64,000 bases of DNA from Podarcis vaucheri (Eukaryota): assembly GCA_965113315.1 (NCBI GenBank), contig OZ220364.1, one strand, 5' to 3'. A model generated the notes under the pieces. It did not search any database and was not told the origin of the DNA. It worked only from the letters and a program-made list of their open reading frames with translations. Numbering within the stretch: the first letter of the stretch is position 1; every line of letters begins with the position of its first letter. This document shows positions 26,188-40,455 of this stretch, piece after piece. A program made the position numbers and the translations under genes.

Positions 26188-27343
26188 GTAGCAAATGAAC
26201 TATTAACAGGAAAACATACTAACAGTGAATTCACCATTAAATTTACATCATACAGGTTTGATACGCAGGGAAGAGATCATTTAATTTTACATTTGTTTGC
26301 GGACCATTGATTCACCTATGCCAACTTATATTCACATAGTGATAGTACAAGCATAATAAAGTGATATTTCTTAGCTGTGGTTACACACGTTTTTTCATCC
26401 AACTCTGCCCCAGAGCAACTGATCCCCTGCCAAGTTAACCATCATGGGGCAATTGAAATTCAAATTACCCCTGCTTTGTGCCATGCCTGGCAGCTGGACC
26501 TCACTGTTACCAGTACAACAAGGAGGTGCCAGCCTGGATTCTGTGTTTTATTCTGGCTGGATAAGCAGTGGCAGCAATGGAAGTAGCATGGTGAAACCAG
26601 GCTGAGCCAGGCTGTCTGTCTTGGGCAGTCGCACACCTTCAGCCACTGTCGGGACATCCCAAATAACTGCACTAGTAGTGGCCTTATACTGCTGCTGAAG
26701 GGTTGCATCAGAAGGAACAGGTGGAGAAATAATAACATGGCATCCCATTTGAGCAAAGGACTCAATCAACACATCCTTGGCATGGAGAAAGAAGAGGTGC
26801 AGGTGTGCATCAGTGTGTTCTGCAGCCAGGGACCTCAAACTCCCACAAGCGCTTTCTAAAGGTCCCCTCTCATTGAACAGATACTTTAATTTCCTCTGGA
26901 TTCATTACTTTAATGTGCAGCAAAGCTGGATCTTGTTTTGTATGGCTCATAGTTGCTGTGAGTAGCAGTTCAGGGGCAGATACTAATTCCTGAATCTCTG
27001 AGGAGATTAATGTTATAATATCCCATTGCTTAATCACGATGCATCTTACTGTGAACAGACATAATCCTGCCTATTTGGCAGGCTGGCTTCACATAACCAT
27101 ATTTCTTTCATTTGTTTTTCAGCTAAAGGTAAAAACAACTTCTACCGTTATTTAGGAAAAAGCTTAAGAATGTATTTCACTCAAGAGTGAGTAGCCTGAC
27201 ATAGGAAGGCCAACAAATAACTGCTTGAATTTTCTGAAGAAGTCTAGTTGCTGTAAAAAGAACTGGGAAGAGAGGATTTTGTGTGTGTGTTTGTTTGTGT
27301 GTGCGTGCATGTGTGTGTCTGTCTATCAGGAATGTTTTAGTTC

Positions 27344-27467
27344 CAGGTGGCTAACTTGTGGCTCCCTGTATTTTGTTGGACTCTGAACTACAACTCTCAT
27401 CGCCCCTGACCATTGGCCATGGGGTTGGAGTTGACATCTGGAGGAACAGAAGTTCCCCACCCACTTG
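27344..27467. mobile_element. Degenerate hAT MITE copy
   Basis: actacaactctcatcgcccctgaccattggcc...catctggagg motif shared with 17699 and 35021. Confidence 0.55.
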
Positions 27468-30400
27468 ACTGTTTACACCTCAAGCCTGAGATGAGAACCA
27501 TGTGAATCACATTGTGCCTGGCCATTGGGCTTCTGTATTGCCATAGCAGTAGTAAGCAGGAGTCCCTGGTAGACTACTTCACTAGCAACAGCAAAGGCAT
27601 TATAGAGAAACAGAGCTGGGTGACTGGCAAGTCGTATCTTTTAGAGCCACCTGTGACACGCCCTTTGACCGCTCTACCCCAGTTAAGAAAACTAGCTGTG
27701 AACCAAGAAGCACTTATTTTAAATCTCATATTCAGTCACAAGCAAGGGCCCTGCCTTTGGAGAAGCAATGTTTCTCAGTTCCCTGTATGTAGTATGGAGA
27801 CAGTAATATCGTACACATGTGGCAACTTACAAGGTTGTTTATAAAAATGACTGGTGCAATGTATGTAGAATACGGAGGGTCTAGACAGATTTAGCAACAT
27901 TAAGACTGTTGAAGCAACCTAAAAGTGAGGGATAATAAAAACCATGGAAGCTAGAAACACTTGACCTGCATCTGTTTTACAATGATATAAATTAGAGCCG
28001 CACAAAATGGTCTGTTTTGATTGTTTGACCCTATGAAGGTGGGGAGCAGTAATATCCTGCCCCCAAAAAACCTTTTTAAATGTGTGAATGTTTACCCCCT
28101 TTCCCCCCAAAGGTGTTTGCTGCCCTTGTTTCTCTTATCTGATGTTCCTTTTTCTTGGTTAGCATTTATTTCTCCTTATCAGAGTGATCTTGAAAGTCCT
28201 GAGGTCATGGAGTAAATGTCCTGGCTTTCAAGAATGCTATTCAGCCAATGAGGTTTGGCTCTGTGCCAGCAACACAGAGGGCAAGTGAAGTTAGCTTAAA
28301 GAGAGGACAAAACTGCCTGCACATGTATGAATCTAAGTAGTCAGGTTACTGACAAAAGGAAGAAAGACAAGAGAGTGAAAACAATGTTCTCTGAATAGTT
28401 TTCGGTACATCTCTCAACAATCCTTTCTAAAAAAAACATTAAAGGGGAGGGCCGGTGTCTTTCAGTACTGGCTAATTTTCTTCTTCTTCTGAATGCTTCT
28501 CCTCCACTTCAGCTCAGCTGTGTATAGAGCAGCTTGGTCATATAAAGAAATCTGGTACTAAAGTACATTGGGACTTGTCATTTTGGAGAAACTAGTGATA
28601 TAAACAAGCACTGGTTCTTCACATATTTAGAAGGCAATATATTTTCTAGGCCAACAGAGTATTAGCCTTTTGTTACTTGCAGTTGGATGTAACACAGTGC
28701 TTTGCCAGGGAAAAAAACCAACCTCCCAATGGAACTAATAAAACAAAGTGAAATAGCTTGAATATTATCACGCAGTTATGCTCTACTAGATACCTAGAAA
28801 AGCAATTAAAGGGACGCCATCAATGAGAGGACCCATTGGAATGAAAATGAAACCCAATATTACCATTGTTTACCTTAAGCTTCTCTGAACTGAAATTACT
28901 TTTTGTTGCTTCTGTATTCAAACACAATGACAAGAGCAATTTAATCTAATTTATGCCTTTTCAGAGGCTCCCGAAGGGAATGTTCTTGTTCCCAATCAGC
29001 CTTAGATTTATTCATCCATAATAATGAATAGTACTGTGATCAAAAATGCATCAATTTTAATACTGTCTTTCATTTCCAAAGCGTGCCACTTAGAATTTTT
29101 TCCTCCAAGGCTTTCCTCCCTCTTTCTCACCACCATTTATGGCTTTATTGAAAGTCTTCCTGTAGAACGCAATGTATGTTTTTCATGAAACCGCCATTTA
29201 GTCCTGAAGTGAGTGATTTACATTCTATAAAAGGTTGCTGGTGTAAAAAGCAGGCTCAATGGAATTAGAGTTGCAACTGAATTTAGCCTAAATGAAATAC
29301 AGAGCTCCATCAAGACACAATTATTTCCCAAAATATGAAGTAACATGAGCTATATCTGTCCTACTTCAGAGGATTCAGACTCGCTTCTTTTGCACCTTTT
29401 AATTTGTTGGGGTCATTGTAGTGATAGAAACAAGAGATCTGATACAGCCAACCCAATGAGGAAGAACATTCCTGTGCTTTTTATTTTCTTAACTTACTGG
29501 GTTTGCCAAAGACGAAGCACAGCAATTAAAGCTTTGGAAGAAGGCATTGACCCAAAGGAATTTTTCTGTATATTTTACATGACCATGCAGACTTCAGATA
29601 ACACAGACACATATTCCCAAGCAAGGATTCCTAACTGCACGGTGCTTGGAAGCAAAGGTAGTTTTAGTGCATTGTTTGCTGGAACTTGTTCCACTGTCAC
29701 TTTAGAAAATGCAGAATTAGTTTATACATAGTGTAGACAACTGTGGAACTTTAAATATCCAGCCTTAATGCAAAATTGTAGATAGAGAACATCTGTTATG
29801 ATTATGAACATTTAATATATTTCTATTAAGTAGTACTATACTGAAAATGGCTGGTGTATCTCTGAACGATTCATGAGTCTTGCCTTATCCAGTCATCATC
29901 TACTGGGACTTGGTCTTTTTGTATATTCAACTCTATTTCAGAGATGCAGCAGGGTTAACTGCCCTCATAGGATATATTTTGCATGCCAAGACTTTCCTCG
30001 TCTTGCCTCCTTTCAGTTTGGAGGCATGGTCACAGCCACCCAGAGACAACTTCCTTTCTGTTTCCACTGCCCAAGACAGAAATCTCAAAAGCGCTCTCTC
30101 TCGCTCTCGCTCTCTCTCCTTTCATGTGGGGTCTGGGTAGAAGTCAGATCCAGCAGAATGAAAATAGATCATCTTGAATTTGTATGATTTCACACAGAGT
30201 CCGACCTCCCCCAAATCCACCATTAAATTAAAGTTTACGCTTGTAGACTGGGGGTGGGGCAGGGTTGTTGAGTGGACTGTTTATCTACCTGTTGCTAGTT
30301 CTTATTAATTTCCTCACTATTTCAGTTCCCACGTGGGAAGAGATTTAGTCTCCCCCCCCTTCATTGGAAAAAAACACAAAATAGTACCACTCCCCTAGAA

Positions 30401-31348
30401 CAAATAAAAGATAAAACACTTTCAAAATCCTGAGTGAAGTTACATGCAACTTCTTTGAACATGTAATTTGGTCCTAAGGATTTGGACTACTGGACGTTTT
30501 GTACCTGTCTTCAGTAGAGAAGGCAATCTTGAATGTTATATCTTAGACCCTAGGAATCACAAGTGACTTGTGTATTCTCTCTTCGCTTGTTTGTAGAATC
30601 ACAAGCAGAACTTGTGCCTCTTCCTCCCTCAGAGTACATTTTAATTCAGGTGATGAGCAAGAGCAGCAGCACACATTCCTGCTTGCCCTGCAGGAGCTTC
30701 TCTGAGAATGAATTCTTTTGCCTGGGTACTAAAATGGAAACTATATTTTATGAAACAACTTTAAAAGAAATGAATGGTAGTGAAGGAGTAATAATAACAC
30801 TCCTCAGTTTGCCTGTTGGTAGCTCTGCTGTGATATAGGTTTCCTTTTGTTTGTTAATTCCTGTAAAGTACTAGTTTGGGAAAGGTATCACTCCATCCTT
30901 GAACATGAGTTAAGAATTTGAGGTATGTACCAAGCAGTGTGCTGAAGTGGCATTGTTAGTGTCTGTAACATACCTCACAGATCTTTTGTGACGGTGAGCA
31001 CAATCAAATTTTGTGCTATATAAATAATAAACAGTGGCAGTACAGAAAGGAGGCCACTCTTCGAAATGCTCTTATAGAGCAGTCAAGTGTTGACTTGATC
31101 ATCCTGAGTTATTTACAGCCTGAAAGCCCGAAAACTGGAATCATACATAATGAAATTTAGCACAGAACTTGTTGATATATGTTTTGCATTTTGTGAACTG
31201 CAGTCCCCCTTAGTAAAATAGGGTTGTGTGGTATTTTTCACCTGAGCACGTGCTTCAATATTTTTTCTTGGTATGCTTTTTGTAATCAGACCTGCCAAAT
31301 AAGTGTTGACACCCATAGAGTATCTGTTTAGTCCTAAAGACAGTGCGC

Positions 31349-31349
31349 G

Positions 31350-31404
<55 letters not shown>
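31349..31404. repeat. Compound microsatellite (CT)n(GT)n(GA)n
   Basis: Directly visible. Confidence 0.95.
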
Positions 31405-31405
<1 letters not shown>

Positions 31406-32409
31406 ACACTTTAATTTGTGGCTGCTACATAATGACATTTTGAAATATGCACTGGCATTTCTGCTTGGTTGCTTCTCATCATTTTGTTTCCTTGACATGA
31501 AAAATAAAAGCTTACTAACTCTGGAAAGAATTAGCATGAAACGTGTCCATCAATCTCCATGAAGAAGCATTATGCTGTAGAATTATATTAACTTTGAAGT
31601 AAAGGTGGCATAATTGAACAGAAATGTGTGCAATCACTGATACCTGTATAATGAGAAATTCTCTTCAATACCATATTTGCTCTGTCCAAAATTTAATTAA
31701 TTCTTACCTTGCATCTTTCTGTTGTTATACTTTTATTTTTTTATATAAAAATACATCATTCCAATATATAAATGTTATATAAATGTTTTGTGTTGTGAAT
31801 AATTTTACTTTTTAGTATATTACACATTACTTCCTTTTTGGATAAAAGGGTCCAAATTTCCATATATTTTGGAAATGAATTTTAGATTATTAGAGTGGGA
31901 CAATTTTTTTTCTCAACTAGTCTTTTATCTGATCTACCTTCCTGTTCTGGGAATCAGATATAGGAAAGGAAATAGAGCAATGGGAAAAGATTTGCAGCTC
32001 AGCATTTAAACTGACCATATGCATTATATTCCTTTATTTACTTCATATGTCAACAGAAAACTGTAAACAGTTTTCAAAGTCCAATGAAAGAAATCAGCAT
32101 AAGAAACACAATTTCCACATTCTAAACCAAACAATTCTACAACTAGTTATAGTAATAACAATAATTATATATTAATAATTGTACACTATTAGATGCAAAC
32201 TAGAACTGTGAAGAAATAGTGTTTCTACCCAGAATTCATGAAACAGACAAGTAGAAATATTTATGTTGAATTTATCTAATTGAATTCTATTTCATTTAGA
32301 GGGCTCTTTGCTGGTTTTCCTTGGGCAAAAAGGGAGGTGCTAAAGATGACTTTCCTGAGGACATTGGCTAATAAGGAAAAGAGTAATAGCTAGGACCTTG
32401 CTTTTTCTG

Positions 32410-32423
32410 GTTGCCTAGGCAAC
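32410..32423. promoter_or_regulatory. Candidate RFX X-box
   Basis: Perfect 14-bp palindrome GTTGCCTAGGCAAC, matching the RFX consensus GTTGCC-NN-GGCAAC. Confidence 0.55.
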
Positions 32424-33273
32424 ACAAGAGAAGGTTACTCTCTGCAATTCGTGTGCAGTAGAACCGCAGGCTGCAGCAGGAAACTAAGTTTGTCAAAGGC
32501 ATTTCAGACTCACAACCACAAGTGATTCTGAATCATACTTACTTGGGAGTTAGTGGATTTACATGTGAGTAAATATTGTTCCTGTTGTAGATTGTGGTTA
32601 TTGGATGGATAGCACGGATGACCCATGTGTTGAAATTTTCACTTAGGTACAGTCATTCAACTAGCCAATTTTTTGTTTGGTTGACTTGGTTATAAGAAAC
32701 TCTGAAATAAAAAAAAATTGTTGTTAGAAATTCATTTTCTTCTTTTCTGATTCCTTTGCTTACAGTTTAAAATGCAATACTTTCTTGACAACTAAACTTT
32801 CAAACGGGAAGAAAGTGGTTTTGAGCACTTCTAGCCATGGTGGTAGTAAAAGAGATGGTTTGATTCCTGGTCACACTATTATTTTGAAACCTAAATAAAT
32901 AAATAATATTTTAAAGCCAATTGGCTGGCAGTGAAGTTGATTACTCTGGAGGCTGTAATCTTGAGGTGGCTGGTGTCCATTGGGACTGATAGGGTCAAGC
33001 AGAGCCAACGAATTCTAAACTTCTCCCCATCCTCCTCCCTGACAAGTTCCACAAGGGCAACACTGAAACACTGAAGGACAGAAGCTGAGAGGCAGTGCTG
33101 TTAACCTGGACTAGTTGCAAGCAGGTAGGCCAAGCCAGGTGGGGCTGACTGGCTGAGGAAAGACTGAGTATGTGGGGCAATGCCCCATTTTTCTTAATAG
33201 AGCAGCCTCCTGTGGCAGATTTCCTCAGTGAGATGGGAGCTAGGCAACATGACCAAGTCAGGTTGCTGTTTTG

Positions 33274-33276
<3 letters not shown>

Positions 33277-33322
<46 letters not shown>

Positions 33323-33470
33323 ACCCCACCCATCTGGCCGAGTTTCCCCAGCCACTCTGGGTGGCTCCCAATCAAGTGTTAAAAACAATACAGCATTAAA
33401 TATTAAAACTTCCCTAAACAGGGCTGCTTTCAGATGTCTTTTAAAAATAGGATAGCTGCTTGTTTCCTTT
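33277..33470 (-). mobile_element. Young L2-like LINE 3' end with (AAT)n tail
   Basis: (ATT)n run followed by ataccccacccatctggc...ccactctgggtggct; minus-strand FKRHLKAALF resembles the L2 ORF2 C-terminus. Confidence 0.75.
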
Positions 33471-35020
33471 AACCTTTGCCAACTCCTGCCTACCATTCAG
33501 GGGTGCTATATATGTGGCTTCATATCATATAAATCAGCAGCAAAGGTTCTTGATATTGGAGTTCCTTTGACAACTTATTCTATGATCTAAATGTAAACTA
33601 AAGGTGAGGGAACAATGGAAACAAAAACTGTATTTTTATTAACAAATACTCAATGAGGTATACAGCTTGACATTTTCACTATGAAGGCACAGTACTTATT
33701 TTCTATCACAAGTTGTGTTTCAGGTTTAAACAAGAACTTTTCTTATAATTCTTCACAACAGAACTGTTGCTGTTAAATCTGTTCCTTCCTAGAATGGCTG
33801 TCTGCTTTTACTTCCCTAGCCAGGCCCCATTTGCCAGTTCAACAGTTTTAACATCTTCACACTCTCCTGATTGGTAGTTTCTCCTCCTTGCCATGATTGG
33901 CTAAGGGTCTCCAGGAGGACAACCCAATGGTTTGTTTGTCACCCTTCCATTTCCAGATGCCATATATCCTGCAAGTAATCCTTGTGAGTTGCTTCTAGCT
34001 AGCAAGTTTGTTGGTGAGCTGAGATTAGAATTTGGTTCATAGCTCATGTGCTCAACCACTGTGCACTGCCATTCCACAGCTACACATTTCACTATAGCTA
34101 GGTATAGTTCTTCATCCTTTTATTTATTTTGTACAGTCCGTAAGTCAGTATTTCTGTGAAATACCAAGGTGATTAATTGTGGCATAATTTATTGTCTACA
34201 TCCAAATAGCATTACTATATTGAAGCTTTTTCTGCAAAGGCATCACATTCTTAAGATACCAACTTCCATCTCATTGTCATTGGTTTTGAGAAGTATAGAT
34301 GAATGGTGCCTTTATCCTAGTGCTGCATGGCCTATTGGAAGAGCTTTGGGTGCTTCATCCATTTCAAGATCAAGCTTGCGGGCTCATCTTCAGACGCAAC
34401 TGTGTGTTAAAATTCATGAGAACTGCCTTTTAAGATTGGTTATGCCAAGAATGTAAATGCTGACTACTGTGCAAATAATTTGGAATTAAAGATTACTTAG
34501 CTTGACTATTACCAGCCTTGTTCCCATTAAAGGAGTGTATTTTATTTTAACAGATTGCCAGACAAATTGTTAGACTGATGAAAGCTTTTCCTGTAGGCAA
34601 GTGTGGAGAGTTTATATAAAATTTGTAAGGGCTATGAAATGTGGAGCAGCAAAAGACTTTGCAGCAAGCATATTGATGGCCTGGCCTAACAGCAATCCCT
34701 AGAATAGTGAATTTGGGATTATAATTCATTTTAGGTTACTATGGGTTAAAGATTTCCCTCTAAACCCAGTGTAAAGAGAGAGAGCCTACTTTGACTTTGA
34801 AAGCTATGTTCATAAGGTTAATTAGGGCGCAGTTGAAAGTGTGCTAACCTGCTGTCGACATTTGCAGACTGTCTTCAAATGAATTCACACAAGATTGGCC
34901 TAAAACAACCACATGACTCTATCATATTTCTGAATAGAGCGAGATCTTCAGACTCATGGGTTAACCACAGAGTCTGTCAGAAGGGCAAGTGGTTTCATCA
35001 TATGTCATGAAACTGTATAT

Positions 35021-35153
35021 CAGGCTTCCTCAACCTCGGCCCTCCAGATGTTTTTGGCCTACAACTCCTATGATCCCTAGCTAGCAGGACCAGTGGTCAG
35101 GGATGGGAATTGTGGTCTCAAAACATCTGGAGGGCCGAGGTTGAGCAAGCCTG
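35021..35153. mobile_element. Young hAT-type MITE
   Basis: Long near-perfect TIRs caggcttcctcaacctcggccctccagatgtttt / aaaacatctggagggccgaggttgagcaagcctg; 8-bp TSD ctgtatat/ctgcatat. Confidence 0.9.
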
Positions 35154-38100
35154 CTGCATATTACATGCATGTTAGTATATAAAGCCCGTGAGCACTTGGG
35201 ACCAGTTTTCTCATGGGATTGCCTTACCCAATATAAGGGTAACCACTTCGATATGCAGAACTGACGCTTGTAAGAAATTGATCCAGTGTGACAGGACCTA
35301 CACTTTGGAGCTCCATTTCTTTTGACACCAGGCAGGCATATTTGCTGTACTCCTTTTGGCACTTGCTTAAAACAGTGTAGAAGTAATTTGTGTTTTTGTT
35401 TCTTTTTAGCTACTGTTGATTTTAATCATCTTTTGAATATTTTTAATACCATTTTTTCACTGTTTTTTTTAAAAAAACAATAATTACATTTTATTTTATT
35501 GTAAACCATTTAGATTGAATTTATTTACAATGAAACGATTTAAAATTTTTGATAAATAAAATGAGAGAGGTAAACCAGGGACAGAGAGGAGAGAATCTTT
35601 AAGGGAGCTGCATTGTTACAGCTAATACTTCTGGAAAAGCTTGCACATGAAAAGTGTTGCATGCAGTATCTGGGAATCTGCTAAACATATCACATAGAGT
35701 AGAGGTCAATAGCCATTTATATTTGTGTTTGAAGCATCTGAGCAAGAAATGAATATATTTATAGATTAATGAGATTGGAAGCAGGCAGCCTGCTTGAACT
35801 ATTCTTGTCTCCTGCATTTACAAGTGTCTTTGTGTATAAAATGGACTGAGCGTGTGAATAGTGGATCAGGTTCTCTCTGGCTTACATGTGTTGGGTGTCA
35901 TTTGTTGGGTGTCTAAGCCTAAGATATACCGCTTTGGTTATTACCATTGTTAAAGTGCTTATCAGCGATCATTCAACAATCATGTTTCATTCCAGCCCAT
36001 GTGTGTCCTGGATGCTAAACACGGCTGGAACCAGGTTTGAGTCAGCAGTGAGGAGAAGCCTCAACCATTTTAATTTCCCACCATGCCTTGTAGGGTCATT
36101 AGACTGGATGCTCCGGGACACTGTGGAATTTTTTAATGATGGCTTAGAGACACCTGGCAAAAGGACCCAAGGACAGATTCAGTACCCCTGTTGGGATACT
36201 GGGGACCTGTCATCTGCCTGTGGGTGCCAGTCTTCAGCAAACCTCCCCTGGGTCGCAGCTTATGTTCCTGCTACTACATCACTGAACGTGTATGTACTTT
36301 TCTACTTCACAGGGTGCCTTTCAGCTAGAGTTTATATACACCTGTAAAGTACTCTGGATAGCAGGAATTGCTAAATGCAATTTGGGTTTATGTGAGCCTT
36401 CTGAACACAGCACTGGGAGCAAAATATTTATTTTGATGCCAGGTAAAAACAACAACACCTTTTTCAGGCTTTTAGCAGCTGGTGGATGAAGTCATTTCTG
36501 AGTTTGGATGCTGCTAATTATGAGCATTGTTTTAATGTTTATGTTTATTATGTATTACATCTTGTATTGCCTTATTCTGGTGTAAACTGCCCTGTGATCA
36601 TTCTGGTGAAGGGGAAAATAGAGATAAATTCAACATTGTGCTAAGTCAATTGCTCTGTCAGGGCAAGCATTTCAGCTTGCCAGACAGAATGATCCCCCTC
36701 TCACCCTCTCACGACACACACCCCAAGCCAATTTTGGGGGGTGCAGGGGGCACGAAGAGGAGGACAGGAAAGCCCCCCTGTGCAAGCAGAAGTCCTACTG
36801 ATGGGACTCATTAATTGAATCTGCCCATAAATAATATATAAATCAATCAATCTATAGCTATGTGACATTCAAATTCCTAGGAATCTCTTCCTATTTTCAC
36901 ACAGATATCTGCATCTGCTCTGACTGACAGTAGCACTAAAGCCTTTGGAAGCATTTTATTTTATACATTATGTACAGTAAATCGGGGGTGTTTTTTTGTT
37001 TTGTCAGATTCAATCAAGACTAATGGTATGTTATCTACTTCGCAAACTGGGAGAAGAGTCTCTTGATACTTGACTAAACAAATTGTTATGAAAATTGTAT
37101 TCCCTGCCTGGGGTAATGTTCTTCTTCTCCTACTTGTACTAAGTAAATTTAGAGTGTTTTATAGAAAATGCAGAGGGAGGGGCATTTCTTTATGTTTTAA
37201 AATACCATACTATAGTAAGCAATTCATTCACAAATTACACAATGCTGCTTTCAATATTTCTACCAGGAGGTTTGCGGAGTGTTGTTTTTGTCTTTTGCAA
37301 ATTTCACTTTTGCAGTGAATGCCATTTGTGAGCTATTCTTCTGTTATTGTTGGGAGTATGAATTCCTTACTGGATGTATTGAGAAAGCTGCAGCCTTTCC
37401 ATTTAACCAGGGGTGAACAGAATGTTAATAGAATGATCTTTGGAACCATGTCTATCTATGATGAATCCATTAACCAGCTTATGCTGCAGAAAAAGAACTA
37501 TAAATGCTATAACCTTGAGGGTTCTCACTGTTGTTGTTTTTTGTTTTCTTTCATATTTCTTTTCTCATAAAGGCTTAGAATACTATGCTTATTGTTGCCT
37601 GTTTGTTAACAGAAGTTAATGTTGTGTACAGTGTCAGTATTGCATGAATTACCTTCTAAAATGAAACATCAGCTGGGTAGATAGTTACCCAGAGAAATAG
37701 CAGAGGGGAATTCTCCATCACCACATAAGTGGTGGTAGAAAAGTGAATAGACTGAAGTCCATGGGCTCACCCATGGAGCAATGAGAAAAGCACAATATTG
37801 TTTGCCTAGAAGTAGTGCTTAGGAAAGGTTTGTTCCATTTATGTTTGGCAGAATTTCATAGAAGTAACTTAAGGCAGTATTGAGAAAGCCTTATGATTAC
37901 TGACTTCTTTCCTTTAACCCACATACCATCTTGCCATAGTACAAATATTTAATTATTTTTAAAAAAGAACCTGTTATAGTTTCCATTGTGGTTTGGGAGC
38001 AGGGGTAGTTGAGTCAGGCTCTTGTCAAAGCTCATGGGTTTGCTTGCTCAGCAAGGCTTCCAAATGCTTAGCTTTAGAAGTAGCAGTTGAAATGAAGGGG

Positions 38101-39070
38101 GAAAGTACATAATGAATTGCTATGGTCCTGATGTGGTATAATGGGACTGTACAACACCTGACTGCAGGTAGAAGGATTTCACTTTTTTTTTAAAAAAAAG
38201 CCCCCCTAGACTCCAAAATGGGGGCATATATTTGTTATAGCACACGGTTGTAATTCTTAGTAGCTATTATAGCAAAGCAGGGAAAGTCATGGAGATCAGA
38301 CTATCCTCAGCAGATTAGCCCTATTTTCTGAATCTTGACCCAAATCCATTGGAAATTCCATTGTTGTATTGCTTCAACCACAGACTGTAGAAAGATGAAA
38401 GTGTCTAGTGTTCCCTCTACAGCTGCATAGAGAGAAGGAGAATTTTTTAAAAAAACTTTGCAGCGGGGAAACTCCCTCCTATGACCTGTGCAAAATGCAC
38501 ATTAGTCCCCCCCCACCCTGTAATCCTTTTGTATTTCACATAGTTTACAGACCCTCAGCAAATGGTTTCTGCAGAGGGTACCTTTTCAGGTCTTTACTAC
38601 AGGCAGATCAGTCATCCATATGTGATATGCATAATATAGGTCCATTCTCAGCACAGGAGGGAATTTGAATAGCTAGATCCTCAGACACTTTTAACCAGAT
38701 GTTAACACTACTCGTTCCTGAGCTTTAATTTTTTTCAAAACGGGGTGAAGAGTATCATAGTCTAGCTTTCCTGTGCTACTGCAAGCTGTCGATCACAACT
38801 CCTGCACTAATTGTTTTTTAAAAACAAAAACCATCAGGGGGGAGGGAGCCCCACCTTTGGAAGACTGAGTGCTTTATAGATGTAGAAGCCAGTAAAATCT
38901 CAGGGACAACCTGAAATTCAGACCAATGTAGAGACAAAAATCTGTGCTGTAGTTGCTGAAGGAGAATAATATTCCATTGCTATTTTTAAAACAAGTTAGG
39001 AGCGAAACGAAGCTTTATTTCACCCGCGTGAAAGCCTCAGTTTGGTACACACACACACCCGGCACATTTG

Positions 39071-39073
<3 letters not shown>

Positions 39074-39104
<31 letters not shown>
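39074..39104. repeat. (CA)n microsatellite
   Basis: Directly visible. Confidence 0.95.
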
Positions 39105-39107
<3 letters not shown>

Positions 39108-40455
39108 GCTGGGAGCCTCAATGGCACCCTTCTGGAGCCTCCACCCAGAGCAAAAAACCTGGGTAGTCCCCCACCCCCAGTGATGGCACCATTTAAAGTC
39201 ATGATATAATGATCCAGCAGACAAACAAAATCTGATCATCTGGCTTTCCCAGGCACTTGACATTCACGCTTGGTAATCAAAGTAAGCAAGAGATGAGTCA
39301 TTGCCCATGTTGTTTTCCAAATAACAAGCGTTCACGAATCCCTGTCTTATGGATGAATGGAAGTGTAACAATGATAATCTTTTTTTGAGAAAAGCATGAG
39401 GCAATATTCAGATTGCAAAGTCACACATATTCCTTCAGAAGGAAACAAAAACTAGAGAAGGTTAATGTTAAATGTAGCTTTCTTGCCCATGCTTAATCAA
39501 CAGACTTAAGACTTCCAGTCTGTATTCTGCCATCTTATTAAAGAGAGAGAAGAGGGGGGATTTCCTAGTTTCATTGCTAGATTATGGGACATTCAGCTTT
39601 TTAACCATTTTACATGTGTAATGGAGGAGAGATATTTCAACTTCCCAAATCTCAAAGCATATAAGAGCATTTACTTTCATCTCAGACTTCATAGTGGTTC
39701 TCCAATTGTGTTATGTATAAACAGTTGTATTGTGTGTGTTAAATTATTACTAGTTTCTTGTGGGTACTATATAAGCACACAGAATATTTCGAATAACAGT
39801 TTTTTAAAAAAAGATTCTTGGTACAATCAGTGTGGGAAATACTCTTGAAGCACCAATGTATTCTTGTGCATACATTGGATTGGGGAGAACATAGCATGGC
39901 ATGGATGCTTATTCTTCAAGCAGGAGATGAAAAAGTGGGAACCACAGATTGAAGGTGCCAACAGAGAGTAGGGTGACAGCAAAAAGGGGACTGAAAATGA
40001 GTGGCATAGGCTGTTTGGTAGAGAGATACAACTATATTAAATTAGACTAGAGCAGGCAGGGAAGGGAGGTCAGAAGCATATGCAATTCTGAGGAGTGAAA
40101 CAATTGATCCATTAGTCATTTGAAATGGAAATTTTAGTTATTATAATTCCAGCTACTGTACATGTAGAATCAGAAGCTGAATGAAGGTTTGTCTCAATTT
40201 TGAAGGAACTAAAACTCACACAGTTCTGAATGTTTATGACACTGCCTTTTCAGGGGAGAAGTTTCCCAACAAAACAAAACTCTTTTCTATTACTTGGGTT
40301 GCACCTATTTCCCCTCTGATCTCCTGTTGTACAGTTGTGAGTGTGGAGCAAGAAACTAATTCCCATGATCAGAGCAGCAGGATATAGATCACACTGGGAT
40401 ATAGATTCCAACGCACATCATGTTCTGCATTGCATTGTTCTCAATAGAATCCATA

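Noticed and set aside
25647-26310. Longest ORFs in the track (up to 187 aa) in several frames on both strands
   Set aside because: Artefact of the GC-rich MITE nested in a solo LTR.
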